DNA from: an uncultured Acidimicrobiia bacterium
GTDB taxonomy: Bacteria > Actinomycetota > Acidimicrobiia > Spongiisociales > UBA5794
DNA: 64,000 bases
Reading direction: 5' to 3'
NCBI GenBank assembly: GCA_963792895.1
Contig: CAWBYA010000004.1
Span: 162,069-226,068 of the forward strand
In this document: one piece after another, positions 40,699-51,249 of the stretch
How the letters are laid out: every line of letters starts with the position of its first letter
How positions within the stretch are numbered: the stretch's first letter is position 1
The notes under the pieces: generated by a model
Told to the model about the DNA's origin: nothing
The model's input: only the letters and a program-made list of their open reading frames with translations
Database searches by the model: none
Made by a program: the position numbers and the translations under genes

Positions 40699-41365
40699 CG
40701 GGCGGATCGTGGTTGGGCTCAGCCTCGTGGCTGTCGGCGTGCTCTACCTGATCGGGGCGAGCACAGACGTCGACGCAGGCGGCATCGTCTCAGCATGGTG
40801 GCCGCTCGTGCTCGTCGGACTGGGCGTTGCCCAATACGGCATCGACCACAGCGCCAAGTTGGGGTCTGCGGTGCTGATCATCTTCGGTGTCCTGCTCCTT
40901 GGCTTCACCACCGGTCTCGTCGAGGGCTCGGTGTGGTCGGTGCTGTGGCCCTCTGCGGTCATCCTGGCCGGCATCGGCGTGATGCTGCCCCGGCTGGAGC
41001 GCACCCCAGAGACGACCGGCAACACCGCCAATGGCTTCGCAGCGATCGGCAGCCGGGTGCTGACCTCGCGGTCGCAGAGCTTCGAAGGGGGCGAGCTCAC
41101 CGTCATCCTCGGCAGCCTCACGCTCGACCTGACTCAGGTCCGCCTCGCCCCGGGCGCAAAACTCTCCGTGACGGCCGTGCTCGGAGGCTGTGAGATTCTC
41201 GTGCCCCCCGGGTGGGACGTGCGCCTCGGCGGGGTACCGGTGCTCGGCGGCTGGGACGACACCACGTTGCGGGGAAAGACAACGGCTGATGCCCCGGTGC
41301 TGACCGTGCGGGCAGTTGCCGTGCTCGCCGGTGTGGAGGTCCGCCACCCCGCCCGCTGGAGCTGA
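40691..41365 (+). CDS. LiaF-like membrane protein
   Basis: WWPLVLV TM region, LGSLTLDL, LGGCEILVP. Confidence 0.8.
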   Translation: MRSGRIVVGLSLVAVGVLYLIGASTDVDAGGIVSAWWPLVLVGLGVAQYGIDHSAKLGSAVLIIFGVLLLGFTTGLVEGSVWSVLWPSAVILAGIGVMLPRLERTPETTGNTANGFAAIGSRVLTSRSQSFEGGELTVILGSLTLDLTQVRLAPGAKLSVTAVLGGCEILVPPGWDVRLGGVPVLGGWDDTTLRGKTTADAPVLTVRAVAVLAGVEVRHPARWS

Positions 41366-41462
41366 GTGCGTTCGGCCGCGCCTCGCTTCGACATGTCAGA
41401 TCGCTGAGGTCTGAGGTCTGAGGTGGACGTCCCTCCGGCGAGACCCGCACTACCGTTGCGGT

Positions 41463-42635
41463 ATGGAATTCCGGCGGATCAACAATCTCCCTCCGTATGT
41501 CTTCGCCCAGGTGAACCAGCTCAAGCTGGAGGCACGCCGAGCGGGGGAGGACATCGTCGATCTGGGATTCGGCAACCCCGACATCCCCACGGCGCCATTC
41601 GTCGTCGACAAGCTCGTCGAGGCGGCCCGTTCTCCGCGCAATCACCGGTATTCGGCGTCGCGTGGCTTGCCGAATCTGCGCAAGGCAGTCGCCGATCGCT
41701 ACATGCGACGCTTTGGCGTCGAGCTGGACCCGGAACGTGAGGTCATCAACACGATCGGGGCAAAGGAGGGGCTGTCCCACCTGATGTGGACGCTCGTACA
41801 GCCGGGCGACGTTGCGCTGGTTCCGGAGCCGTCGTATCCGATCCACATCTATGCGGCCGCTCTGGCAGGCGCCGAAGCGCGACGGGTCCCGATCGGGTTG
41901 AGCAGCGACTTCTTCGACCACCTCGAGGAAGCGTTCCACGATTCGTGGCCGAGGCCGCGAGTCATCGTGACGTCGTTCCCCCACAACCCCACCACCAAGT
42001 GCATCGACCTCGCATTCTTCGAGAAGCTCGTGGCCTTCGCCCATCAGTACGAGGTGATGCTCGTGCACGACTTCGCGTACGCCGACATCACGTTCGACGG
42101 CTACCGGCCGCCCTCTTTGCTCGAGGTGCCGGGGGCCAAGGACGTCGGGGTCGAGATCTACAGCCTCTCGAAGAGCCACTCGATGGCCGGTTGGCGGGTT
42201 GGCTTCGTGGTCGGCAACGCCGAGATGGTCTCGGCGCTCGCGCAGCTCAAGTCGTATCTCGACTACGGGACGTTCCAACCCATCCAGATCGCAGCGATCA
42301 TCGCACTCAACGAGGGCGACGACCACATCTCGTCGGTGAACGCCGTGTACAAGGCACGTCGTGACGTCCTCGTCGACGGGCTCAACCGGGCCGGATGGAA
42401 GGTGCCCAAGCCCCAGGGCACCATGTTCGTGTGGGCCGAGATCCCCGGTCCCTATGTCGACATGGGATCCCTCGAGTTCGCCAAGCACCTGATCAGGGAG
42501 GCGCGGGTCGCCGTCAGCCCTGGGGTCGGCTTCGGGTCGAGTGGCGATGGACACGTGCGGTTTGCTCTCGTCGAGAACGAACACCGTACTCAGCAAGCCG
42601 TGCGCGGTATCCGACGCACACTCGACAAGCTCTGA
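41463..42635 (+). CDS. alaC: Class I/II aminotransferase, AlaC-like
   Basis: LPPYVF...[34 protein letters not shown]. Confidence 0.8.
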   Translation: MEFRRINNLPPYVFAQVNQLKLEARRAGEDIVDLGFGNPDIPTAPFVVDKLVEAARSPRNHRYSASRGLPNLRKAVADRYMRRFGVELDPEREVINTIGAKEGLSHLMWTLVQPGDVALVPEPSYPIHIYAAALAGAEARRVPIGLSSDFFDHLEEAFHDSWPRPRVIVTSFPHNPTTKCIDLAFFEKLVAFAHQYEVMLVHDFAYADITFDGYRPPSLLEVPGAKDVGVEIYSLSKSHSMAGWRVGFVVGNAEMVSALAQLKSYLDYGTFQPIQIAAIIALNEGDDHISSVNAVYKARRDVLVDGLNRAGWKVPKPQGTMFVWAEIPGPYVDMGSLEFAKHLIREARVAVSPGVGFGSSGDGHVRFALVENEHRTQQAVRGIRRTLDKL

Positions 42636-42679
42636 GCCGCCCGTAACCCGACTCCGACTGCGAAGGTCTGATCCCCCAC

Positions 42680-43600
42680 ATGCCGTACGCCGTGTTGTTC
42701 CCCGGACAGGGAAGCCAGTTCGTGGGGATGGGTGCCGACGTCTTCGCCGCCCATCCCGATCTCCTCGTGGACATCGCCGACGAAGTGCTCGGGTGGTCGC
42801 TGCGCGAAATCTGCGCGATGGGCCCTGAGGACGAGCTCATGCGCACCGATCGCGCCCAGCCCGCCCTCTACGCGGTCGCGTACGCACTGTGGGACGAATT
42901 TCGCCGCCAAGCGACCACCGGACCCATCGCCGCCGCAGGGCACTCGCTGGGCGAGTACACCGCCCTCGCCGCTGCGGGCGCCATCGGGTTCGCCGAGGGG
43001 CTCCGGTTGGTTGCCGCGCGGGGTCGCGCGATGGCTCACGCTGCAGCGCAAGACGAAGGCGGCATGGCCGCCCTGCTCGGGGCAGATGCCGAATCGGCGG
43101 AAGCGATGTCGGCAGCATGCCGGGCAGGCGGGGGCGCGCTGTGGGTGGCGAACATCAACGCCCCTGGGCAAGTCGTCGTTGCGGGGACCGCCGCTGCGAT
43201 CGAGTGGGCGGGCCGGCACACCCGCGACTTCGGCATCCGACGAGTCATCCCGTTGAAGGTCGCAGGAGCGTTTCATTCACCGCTCATGGAGCCGGCAGCG
43301 GCGGATCTCGCCTCGTCCCTCGAGATGGTCGAGTTCGCAGCCGCCGAGTTCGCCGTGTGGGCGAATGCCGATGCGGCGCCCGTGTCTGACCCTGTCGATG
43401 CCCTGCACCGTCAACTCACCAGCCCGGTGCGCTTCGCCGAGAGCCTCGAGGCGATGGCGGCCGCCGGTGTCGACACCTTTGTCCACATCGGTCCGGGCGA
43501 TGTGACGGCCGGACTTGCCAAGCGAACAGTGCCAGAGGCGACGGTTCATGTTGTCGCCTCACTCGACGCCGTGGCCGCGACGGCCGCCGTCGTACAATGA
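42680..43600 (+). CDS. fabD: Malonyl-CoA:ACP transacylase
   Basis: FPGQGSQ, GHSLGEY, VAGAFHS. Confidence 0.95.
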   Translation: MPYAVLFPGQGSQFVGMGADVFAAHPDLLVDIADEVLGWSLREICAMGPEDELMRTDRAQPALYAVAYALWDEFRRQATTGPIAAAGHSLGEYTALAAAGAIGFAEGLRLVAARGRAMAHAAAQDEGGMAALLGADAESAEAMSAACRAGGGALWVANINAPGQVVVAGTAAAIEWAGRHTRDFGIRRVIPLKVAGAFHSPLMEPAAADLASSLEMVEFAAAEFAVWANADAAPVSDPVDALHRQLTSPVRFAESLEAMAAAGVDTFVHIGPGDVTAGLAKRTVPEATVHVVASLDAVAATAAVVQ

Positions 43601-43620
43601 TCGGCGAGGAAGGGAGACCA

Positions 43621-44700
43621 ATGCGCCGCGCCACCATCACGGGTTGGGGCAAGTGCACGCCGCCCGCAGTACTCACAAACGAGGACCTCGAAGCCGTGAT
43701 GGACACGAGCGACGAGTGGATCACGACGCGAACGGGCATCAAAGAACGGCGGATCACCCATACCGAGACGTCGGACATGGCTGCCGTCGCCGGCCTTCAC
43801 GCCCTTGCAGCAGCCGGGATCGAGCCTGCCGACATCGACCTGCTGATCCTTGCCACGTGCACCCCCGACCGGCTGATTCCCTCAGCGGCGAGCTTCGTGC
43901 AGGCGAAAGTCGGCGCAGTCAACGCAGCGTGCCTCGACGTGAATGCGGCGTGCAGCGGATTCGTCTACGGCCTGAGCCTCGCCAACGGGATGATCGCCAC
44001 TGGGGCGGCCAACAGAGTGCTGCTCATCGGCGCCGAGAAGCTTTCGACACTGCTCGACGTCGCAGATCGCTCGACGGCAGTGCTGTTCGGCGATGGTGCG
44101 GGGGCCGTGGTCCTCGAGGCCGCTGGCGACGGGGAGGGTGTGCTCGCCCTCAACCTTGGCACCGACGGCCGCTTGGCCAACATCCTGACCGTCACGGGCT
44201 TCGGCACTGAGGAGCTCGGCGAGATCGCGTCCGAGTACACGCTCTTCATGGACGGCGCCGAAGTGTTCCGCAACGCGGTGAAGCAGATGGGGGAGGCCGC
44301 CGCCCGAGCCGTCGCCGATGCAGGGCTCACGCTCGACGAGGTCGATCTCCTCATCCCTCATCAGGCCAACACCCGCATCATCGATGCGACAGCACGGCGA
44401 ATGAAGATGCCGCCCGAGAAGGTGTTCGTCAACATCACCGGCTACGGCAACACGTCGGCTGCGAGCATTCCCATCGCGCTCGCCGAAGCCCTCGAGTCGA
44501 ACCTCGTCCGTCCCGGTGCCGTGATCGTGTTCGTCGCGTTCGGCGGCGGTCTCACCTGGGGGGCCGCCTGCCTCCGATTTGGCGAACGAGTGACGCCGTC
44601 GGGCACGAGCGATGCCCGCCTGCCCGCAACCGACAAGACCGGCCTCGAGCTCCTCATCGAACGTCAGGTCGAGCGCGACAAGCGGCGGGGAGTGGCGTGA
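43621..44700 (+). CDS. fabH: Beta-ketoacyl-ACP synthase III
   Basis: AACSGF, FGDGAGA, PHQAN, GNTSAAS, FGGGLTW. Confidence 0.95.
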   Translation: MRRATITGWGKCTPPAVLTNEDLEAVMDTSDEWITTRTGIKERRITHTETSDMAAVAGLHALAAAGIEPADIDLLILATCTPDRLIPSAASFVQAKVGAVNAACLDVNAACSGFVYGLSLANGMIATGAANRVLLIGAEKLSTLLDVADRSTAVLFGDGAGAVVLEAAGDGEGVLALNLGTDGRLANILTVTGFGTEELGEIASEYTLFMDGAEVFRNAVKQMGEAAARAVADAGLTLDEVDLLIPHQANTRIIDATARRMKMPPEKVFVNITGYGNTSAASIPIALAEALESNLVRPGAVIVFVAFGGGLTWGAACLRFGERVTPSGTSDARLPATDKTGLELLIERQVERDKRRGVA

Positions 44701-45431
44701 GCCGGGTCGCCCTGGTCACGGGTGCCTCGCGCGGCATCGGGCGCGCAATCGCAGCGCGGCTCGCCGCCGATGGCCATCACGTCGCCGTCAACTACGCCCA
44801 CCATGCCGAGGCCGCCGACGAAGTGGTCGGCAAGATCACCGCCGGGGGAGGCAGGGCGTTCGCCGTACCGGGCAACGTCGGTGTCGCCGCCGATGTCGAG
44901 GCGATCTTCGCCGCCGTCGAGGCGGAGGCCGGGCCGGTTGAGATCCTGGTCAACAACGCCGGCATCACCCGAGACGATCTGCTGCTGCGGATGAAGCCCG
45001 AGGACTGGGACGAGGTGGTCGCAACGAACCTCACCTCGAACTTCCTGTGCTCGAAGGCGGCGCTGCGGGCCATGATTCGGGCTCGGTGGGGGCGCATCAT
45101 CAGCGTCGGGTCGGTGTCGGGTATCTACGGCAATGCCGGCCAGACCAACTATGCGGCGACCAAAGCGGGCGTGATCGGCTTCGTGAAATCGCTCGCCAAA
45201 GAGATCGGCTCGCGTAACGTCACCGTCAACGTGGTCGCACCGGGGTTCATCGTCACCGACCTCACCGCCGAGCTCGGAGAAGACGCCGCGGTGGCGATCA
45301 AGGACCGTATCGCGCTCGGGCGGCTCGGCCGACCCGAGGAGATCGCGTCGGCCGTCGGCTATCTTGCCTCGGACGATGCGTCGTACATAACGGGGCAGAC
45401 CATCGTCGTCGATGGTGGCATGTCCCTGTGA
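44697..45431 (+). CDS. fabG: 3-oxoacyl-ACP reductase
   Basis: TGASRGIG, NNAGITRD, YAATK. Confidence 0.95.
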   Translation: MSRVALVTGASRGIGRAIAARLAADGHHVAVNYAHHAEAADEVVGKITAGGGRAFAVPGNVGVAADVEAIFAAVEAEAGPVEILVNNAGITRDDLLLRMKPEDWDEVVATNLTSNFLCSKAALRAMIRARWGRIISVGSVSGIYGNAGQTNYAATKAGVIGFVKSLAKEIGSRNVTVNVVAPGFIVTDLTAELGEDAAVAIKDRIALGRLGRPEEIASAVGYLASDDASYITGQTIVVDGGMSL

Positions 45432-45461
45432 TTCTCCCCAACGCCAAGGAGGCGTCGCCCA

Positions 45462-45707
45462 ATGGATCGTTCTGAGATCGAGGCAAAGCTCGTCGATCTC
45501 CTCGTCGACGAACTCGGCCTGGAGCGCGACAACATCAAGATGGAAGCCAGGTTCGAGGAGGACCTCGAGGTCGACTCGCTAGGGGTCGTCGAGCTGCTCA
45601 TGGCGCTCGAGGACAACTTCGACGTGAAGATCCCGGACGACGAGGCCGAGAAGATCACCACGGTCGGAGAGGCGGTCTCTGTCGTCGCCGCCAAGGTCAA
45701 CGCCTGA
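45462..45707 (+). CDS. acpP: Acyl carrier protein
   Basis: DSLGVVEL phosphopantetheine site; acidic. Confidence 0.95.
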   Translation: MDRSEIEAKLVDLLVDELGLERDNIKMEARFEEDLEVDSLGVVELLMALEDNFDVKIPDDEAEKITTVGEAVSVVAAKVNA

Positions 45708-45726
45708 CGCGTATCGAGGAGCTGCT

Positions 45727-46971
45727 ATGTCTCGACGCCGCGTCGTCGTCACGGGTCTCGGCACCGTCAACCCCATCGGGCTCGGTGTAGACGACACCTG
45801 GAAGCACGCCATCGAAGGGGTGTCGGGTGTTGGCCGTATCACCGCGTTCGACCCGAGCCCATTCAGCACGCAGATAGCCGCGGAGGTCACGGATTTCGAT
45901 CCAGATGCGTACATGCCGCGAAAGGCGTGGCGCCGCATGGACCGGAGTGCGCAGTTCTTCTGGGCCGCCACCCATCAGGCGCTGGGTGACGCCGGCATCT
46001 CCTACGAGGTCGATGCGCCGGAGGCCGAGCGCGCCGGAGTCGTCGTCGGCTGTGGCATCGGCGGGCTGATCACGACACAAGAGGAGATCGACGTTCTGCG
46101 CACCCGTGGTCCCGATCGGGTGTCGCCGCTCGCCATCACGAAGATCATCTCGAATATGGCCGCCGGCCTCGTCTCCATCGACTTCCACCTCTACGGACCC
46201 AACACCTGCACGGTGACCGCGTGTGCGGCATCCGCCAACGCGATCGGTGACGCCGCCGAGATCATTCGCCGTGGCGATGCGGACGTGATGGTGGCCGGGG
46301 GTACCGAGGCGGGGATCTGCGAGTTCGCGCTTGCTGGGTTCGCCTCGGCGAGGGCCATCTCCCGCCGCAACGACGACCCGGCTGCGGCCAGCCGGCCGTT
46401 CGATGCCGATCGCGACGGTTTCGTGATGGGCGAGGGCGCGGCAACGCTGATCCTCGAGGATTACGACCACGCATCGGCTCGGGGAGCGAAAGTCTATGCG
46501 GAGGTCCTCGGCTACGGCATGTCTGCCGACGGCTACCACATCACACTGCCTCGACCTGGGGGAGGGGGAGCGGCCCGAGCGATGGCGCACTCCCTGGCCG
46601 ACGCCCAACTGACCCCGTCCCACATCGACTACATCAACGCACACGGCACGTCGACGGAGGCGAACGACGCAACCGAGACCGCGGCGATCAAGACCGTGTT
46701 CGGCGACGGCGCGTATCGGGTGCCCGTGTCGTCCACCAAGTCGATGACAGGCCACCTGCTGGGCGGAGCGGGGGCGCTCGAGTCGATCTTCTGCATCCTG
46801 GCAATTCGGGACGGAGTCGTGCCGCCGACGATCAACTACACGACACCCGATCCTGAGTGTGACCTCGACTACGTCCCCAACGAGGCGCGCAACGTGACGG
46901 TGGACCGGGTCATGACCAATTCCTTTGGTTTCGGGGGGCACAACGTCGCCCTCATCTTCGGGCGCGTCTGA
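45727..46971 (+). CDS. fabF: Beta-ketoacyl-ACP synthase II
   Basis: TACAAS, NAHGTST, GHLLG, NSFGFGG. Confidence 0.96.
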   Translation: MSRRRVVVTGLGTVNPIGLGVDDTWKHAIEGVSGVGRITAFDPSPFSTQIAAEVTDFDPDAYMPRKAWRRMDRSAQFFWAATHQALGDAGISYEVDAPEAERAGVVVGCGIGGLITTQEEIDVLRTRGPDRVSPLAITKIISNMAAGLVSIDFHLYGPNTCTVTACAASANAIGDAAEIIRRGDADVMVAGGTEAGICEFALAGFASARAISRRNDDPAAASRPFDADRDGFVMGEGAATLILEDYDHASARGAKVYAEVLGYGMSADGYHITLPRPGGGGAARAMAHSLADAQLTPSHIDYINAHGTSTEANDATETAAIKTVFGDGAYRVPVSSTKSMTGHLLGGAGALESIFCILAIRDGVVPPTINYTTPDPECDLDYVPNEARNVTVDRVMTNSFGFGGHNVALIFGRV

Positions 46972-46982
46972 TCGGCCCAACC

Positions 46983-47192
46983 TCAGCGGCGACGAATGTC
47001 GTCGGTCATGTACAGCGCCGCCGACAGGGCGGTCGTTGCAAGGGCGAGGACGAAGATGACCGCTATGGCGGGTGGTACTCCCCGCGGGATCGTGGCGAAC
47101 GTCACCAACCCGCTGAGCAGCGATACCGGGCCTGCAACGGCAAGCCCGAGCGTCGCCGCTGTGCGGAGACCGGCCTTGGGCTGCGCGGTCAT
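46983..47192 (-). CDS. Small two-TM hypothetical protein
   Basis: 69 aa, two hydrophobic helices, ATG overlaps upstream stop. Confidence 0.6.
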   Translation of the reverse strand: MTAQPKAGLRTAATLGLAVAGPVSLLSGLVTFATIPRGVPPAIAVIFVLALATTALSAALYMTDDIRRR

Positions 47193-47599
47193 GCGGGGTC
47201 GTCGCCCGTCTCGCATCCTGGCGTCGGGGGCGGCCGGTTGTCGGCCAACGCCTCGCGATATTCGTCGAACGACCTGGTGACGAGCGCCACGACGAGCCCA
47301 ACGCCTACGAACGCCCCGGCGCCGGTGAAGACCGCAGCGGCGGCTTCGGACCCCGGGCACGACCCCGGCAGGCACAGTGCCTGCACAATGCCCTGCCCCA
47401 CGAGAGCTCCCCCGCCTGTCCCTGCGGCAACCGTCAACGCCACCGCCGGCCGAAGGTCGAGGAGAGACGCGACCAGCCCGAACGCCGCACCAGCCGCGCC
47501 ACCAATCGCGATGCCGAACCAGCCACCGAGGAGCCACCCGCTTCCCGCACCAACGGCAGCTGTCGCGGCGAGCAGCGCGAGGCTGTGCCGGCCCCTCAT
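47189..47599 (-). CDS. Hypothetical membrane protein
   Basis: Gly/Ala-rich TMs, CLPGSC; coupled on both sides. Confidence 0.65.
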   Translation of the reverse strand: MRGRHSLALLAATAAVGAGSGWLLGGWFGIAIGGAAGAAFGLVASLLDLRPAVALTVAAGTGGGALVGQGIVQALCLPGSCPGSEAAAAVFTGAGAFVGVGLVVALVTRSFDEYREALADNRPPPTPGCETGDDPA

Positions 47600-48312
47600 G
47601 CCGGCTCTCCTGGCTCAGGGCGCGCCCTTCCCTGACGTGGGCCCGGAAGACTGGTCATGAGTGGCTGTACCGCAAGCAACGCTTCCCGAGTCCACGCGAG
47701 GCCGACGAGTACGGCCGCGAACGATGCGAGCGCAACAGCCCCCGGCCACGGCGATGAGCCCACCGCCGGAAGCGCAATGAAGGGCAGAGCCAATCTCGTC
47801 GCCCACAGGCTCCACAGCTGGGCTTTGCTGTACGACCACGCGAGGAGCACCCCGGCCGCACCGAGGACGCCATGAGCGGTGGCGAGCCCGTTCGGCGCGG
47901 CGAAGCCAACGCCGGGGACCAAGGCGCCGAGCCCGAGGAGCAAGACGACGGCGCGCGGGTCGGGTCCGGTCGCCGACGGTCGTAGCCGAAACCAGCCGTC
48001 GAGCCACCGGCTGACGAGGCCGCCGAGCGCTCCCATTCCGGCTACGAGCGATATCCATCCGAGCGCATCGAGGGTGCCGGTGGCGACCACGACAAGATCG
48101 GTGCAGACGACGACGATCGCCAGGCGGCGCGCCCATCTGCCCCTGACGAGGGCAACGCCTGTGACTGCGATGATCGTGTACACGACGATTCCCGTGGCGA
48201 TCACGGCGCCCGAAGACGGGGAGAAGGGGTCGGGGCTCACCGCCAAGTGAGCTGCTGCGGCGACGCCTGCGAAGGCCGTCAGGACGGCGACGAGTGTCGG
48301 GATGGGCGCCAT
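47596..48312 (-). CDS. Hypothetical multi-TM protein
   Basis: About 8 hydrophobic segments. Confidence 0.7.
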   Translation of the reverse strand: MAPIPTLVAVLTAFAGVAAAAHLAVSPDPFSPSSGAVIATGIVVYTIIAVTGVALVRGRWARRLAIVVVCTDLVVVATGTLDALGWISLVAGMGALGGLVSRWLDGWFRLRPSATGPDPRAVVLLLGLGALVPGVGFAAPNGLATAHGVLGAAGVLLAWSYSKAQLWSLWATRLALPFIALPAVGSSPWPGAVALASFAAVLVGLAWTREALLAVQPLMTSLPGPRQGRARPEPGEPA

Positions 48313-48350
48313 GCGCCCATTATCGACCATGTTGGGCGTTGCCCGGGGAG

Positions 48351-48764
48351 CTACTGATCGGGTCGGCTGTCGATGGACCCTGGGATGCGCGTCCTGCCGA
48401 TGACGGCGAAGTAGCGGAAGATGCCCGGCTCGAAGTCACAGACCGGGAACTGGAACGTATCGCCCGTCGTGAGGACCGGACTGATGAACTCGCCGCTCCG
48501 GGCCTCGAGCACGTACTCGCGGTCAGAGCTGTCTTCTTGGCGCCACTCGACGATGGAGTCGACAGCGCAATCGACCTTGAGATTGGAGGGGCGGAACGAG
48601 CCGTTGGTGATCCGCACGATGACGACACCCTCAGGAGGAGCCTCGGTCGTGGTCGTCGTCTGCGGCGTCCTGTTCGAAGCCAGTGCAGCCTCGGAGGGGC
48701 CGCTCCCACAGCCTGCGGCTACGAGACACACCGCCAGCAGCAAGATCGCGATTGGCCCCCGCAC
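48351..48764 (-). CDS. Lipoprotein with cupredoxin-like pattern
   Basis: Lipobox AAGC, Thr linker, I.NGSFRP..L.V...V.W...G.F...PG.FRY. Confidence 0.6.
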   Translation of the reverse strand: MRGPIAILLLAVCLVAAGCGSGPSEAALASNRTPQTTTTTEAPPEGVVIVRITNGSFRPSNLKVDCAVDSIVEWRQEDSSDREYVLEARSGEFISPVLTTGDTFQFPVCDFEPGIFRYFAVIGRTRIPGSIDSRPDQ

Positions 48765-48855
48765 AGTCCTCCTCGGTCGGGCTGAGGGCAGTGTAGTGCC
48801 CCGCCTCGCCACCTTCACGGCGCTCGAGACGGCGTCTACCGGCCGGCCGGCGAGC

Positions 48856-49488
48856 TCACACCGCTCCACGTGACGGCGGCGCCCACGTCGCCACCTCTCG
48901 CCAGGCGTCGCCGTCGACGACGAGCGTCACTACGGCGGCATGACCCGGCTTGTCGGCGTGAAAGTCATCGAACGGCCGCCCACACAAGGTGCGGCGCAGC
49001 GCCTCGACGGGATCCTGGTGGCTGACGAGAACGAGATCACCTGGGCCCGGCCGAGCCGACCACACGTCTGCCACCGCGGCTGCAGCCCGCTCGGCCACGT
49101 CGCTGAGCTGCTCGGGTGAGAAGGCGAGATCGGACGGGTCGGCGAGGTATGCCTCGAGCTCGCCCGGAAACTGGTCCGGTAGGTCTTCCCAGCGGTTCCC
49201 GGCCCAGCGGTCGCCGAGTTCCCACTCTCGGAGCCGGTCGTCGGTGGTGACCGGCACCTGATGGGCGGCAGCGATGACCGCGGCCGTCTCGACGGCTCGC
49301 TGAAGCGGTGATGCCACCACTGTGACGACGTCGAATCCGGCGAGGTGGTCCGCCGTCGCTTCCGCTTCGCTCCAGCCAACCTCGCTGAGACCAAAGCCGG
49401 ACAGCGAGGCGTAGACGAGGTGTTGCGGGTTGTCGACCTCGCCGTGGCGAACGAGGTGCAATGCGGCGGCCGGTCGATCGGTGGACAC
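48856..49488 (-). CDS. Histidine phosphatase family protein
   Basis: LVRHGE, SPLQRA.ETA, LVSHQDP. Confidence 0.88.
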   Translation of the reverse strand: MSTDRPAAALHLVRHGEVDNPQHLVYASLSGFGLSEVGWSEAEATADHLAGFDVVTVVASPLQRAVETAAVIAAAHQVPVTTDDRLREWELGDRWAGNRWEDLPDQFPGELEAYLADPSDLAFSPEQLSDVAERAAAAVADVWSARPGPGDLVLVSHQDPVEALRRTLCGRPFDDFHADKPGHAAVVTLVVDGDAWREVATWAPPSRGAV

Positions 49489-49534
49489 GGGCGCAGTGTA
49501 TGGCACGGAGGAGTGCGCGCAGTACCGTGGCGGC

Positions 49535-50749
49535 GTGGAGCGATTCGCAGAGCCCATCCTGCATGTCGACATGGATGCGTTCTTCGTGGAGGTCGAGCGA
49601 CTGCGCGAACCGAAGCTGCGCGGCCGGCCCGTGATCGTCGGCGGCCTCGGCAACCGTGGTGTGGTTGCGTCGGCGAGCTACGAGGCCCGCCGGTTCGGCG
49701 TGCGGTCGGCGATGCCCATGGTGGAGGCACGGCGGCGATGCCCGCGTGGTGCGTTCGTCGCACCCGACCACCGGCGGTACGGCGAGGTCTCGGGTATGGT
49801 CTTCGACGTTTTCGAGTCGTTCACGCCCTACATCGAGCCGCTCTCGGTCGACGAGGCGTTCCTCGACGTGGGCGGGCTGCGCCGCCACTTCCCGACGCCG
49901 GAAGCGGTCGCGATGTCGGTCAGGCAGCGGATCCGCAGCGATCTGGCGTTGCCGGCCTCCGTGGGTATCGCCAGCACCAAGTTCATCGCCAAGATGGCCT
50001 CTGAGGACGCCAAGCCCGACGGTTGGTTGAAAGTGCCTGCCGGCGCTGAGCTCGACTTCCTCCATCCGCTCCCGGTGCGACGACTGTGGGGCGTTGGGGA
50101 AGCGACGCATGCCTCCCTGGAGGGATTGGGGGTGATCACGATCGGCGATCTCGCCGCACTGGGTCCAACAACCCTCGTGGCGCGGCTCGGCACCGCAGTG
50201 GGTGGCCACTTGAGTGCCCTCGCCCACGGGATCGACGAGCGTCCCGTCACAATTGCCCGGGCGACCAAGTCCGTCTCCGTCGAGGAGACGTTTGCACGCG
50301 ATCTCACATCTGATGCGCTGCTCGACGCCGAGCTCGTGGCGCTCTGTGATCGGCTGTCGTCCCGGTTGCGCAGGTCAGGACATCGGGGCCATACGGTGAC
50401 CCTCAAAGTCCGGTACGGCGACTTCTCGACGGTCACGAGGTCGTCGACCCTTGCGGCGCCCGTCGGCGGCACCGATGACCTGCGACCCGTTGCCCGGGAC
50501 CTGTGGCGGCGAATCGCACGAGCGGGGCGCGAGATCCGGCTCCTCGGTGTAGCGGTCTCGGGTCTCGTCTCCCGAGACATCCCTGCCCAGCTCGCACTCG
50601 ATGGGGGGCAACGACATGCAGCTGCCGCCGTTGTCGACGAGATCAGGGACCGCTTCGGCGACACCGCCGTGGTCCCGGCCCGGCTTGCCGCGAGGCCGGA
50701 GCAGTCGTCGGAAAACCGTCCGAGCAACGAAACTCCGCAAGGTCTGTAG
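49535..50749 (+). CDS. dinB: DNA polymerase IV
   Basis: HVDMDAFF, ASYEAR.FGVRSAMP, SVDEAFL, AKMASEDAKPDG. Confidence 0.95.
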   Translation: MERFAEPILHVDMDAFFVEVERLREPKLRGRPVIVGGLGNRGVVASASYEARRFGVRSAMPMVEARRRCPRGAFVAPDHRRYGEVSGMVFDVFESFTPYIEPLSVDEAFLDVGGLRRHFPTPEAVAMSVRQRIRSDLALPASVGIASTKFIAKMASEDAKPDGWLKVPAGAELDFLHPLPVRRLWGVGEATHASLEGLGVITIGDLAALGPTTLVARLGTAVGGHLSALAHGIDERPVTIARATKSVSVEETFARDLTSDALLDAELVALCDRLSSRLRRSGHRGHTVTLKVRYGDFSTVTRSSTLAAPVGGTDDLRPVARDLWRRIARAGREIRLLGVAVSGLVSRDIPAQLALDGGQRHAAAAVVDEIRDRFGDTAVVPARLAARPEQSSENRPSNETPQGL

Positions 50750-50805
50750 CTACGGGCGACGGTATACTGACGGCGCCGAGGCCCCTGGGTGAAGGAACAG
50801 AAGGC

Positions 50806-51147
50806 ATGCCGCTCAACGAGCGAGAACAGCGCATCCTCGAAGAGATCGAGCGACAGTTCTACCAAGAGGACCCCAAGCTGGCGCAGACCGTCGCCAACAC
50901 GACGCTGGAGTCGCTGACTCGCAGGTGGAACCGGCTCGCCGTTCTCGGATTCGTCGTAGGTCTCGTCGTGATGCTCGCATCGTTCACCCAGTGGACGGCA
51001 GTGGCGCTTGGGGGCTTTCTCTTGATGGTCGTGTCCGCCGGTTGGATCGCCATGAACGTGCGACGCCGCCGCGGCGACGGCAGCGGTTCCGGGCCGCTTT
51101 CCGGGTGGCTGGAGCAGGCTCGGCAGAGGTGGCAGCGCGACCGCTAG
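50806..51147 (+). CDS. DUF3040 domain protein
   Basis: MPLNEREQRILEEIERQFYQEDPKLA plus two TMs. Confidence 0.9.
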   Translation: MPLNEREQRILEEIERQFYQEDPKLAQTVANTTLESLTRRWNRLAVLGFVVGLVVMLASFTQWTAVALGGFLLMVVSAGWIAMNVRRRRGDGSGSGPLSGWLEQARQRWQRDR

Positions 51148-51249
51148 AGTGCTCCACCCTCGCCCTTCCGCAGCGAGGTTTACATGGAGCTGATCGTGGG
51201 TTGCCGCATGCCGAGCGGCGCAGCTCACGAGAACGCGTAGGGAGGATCG

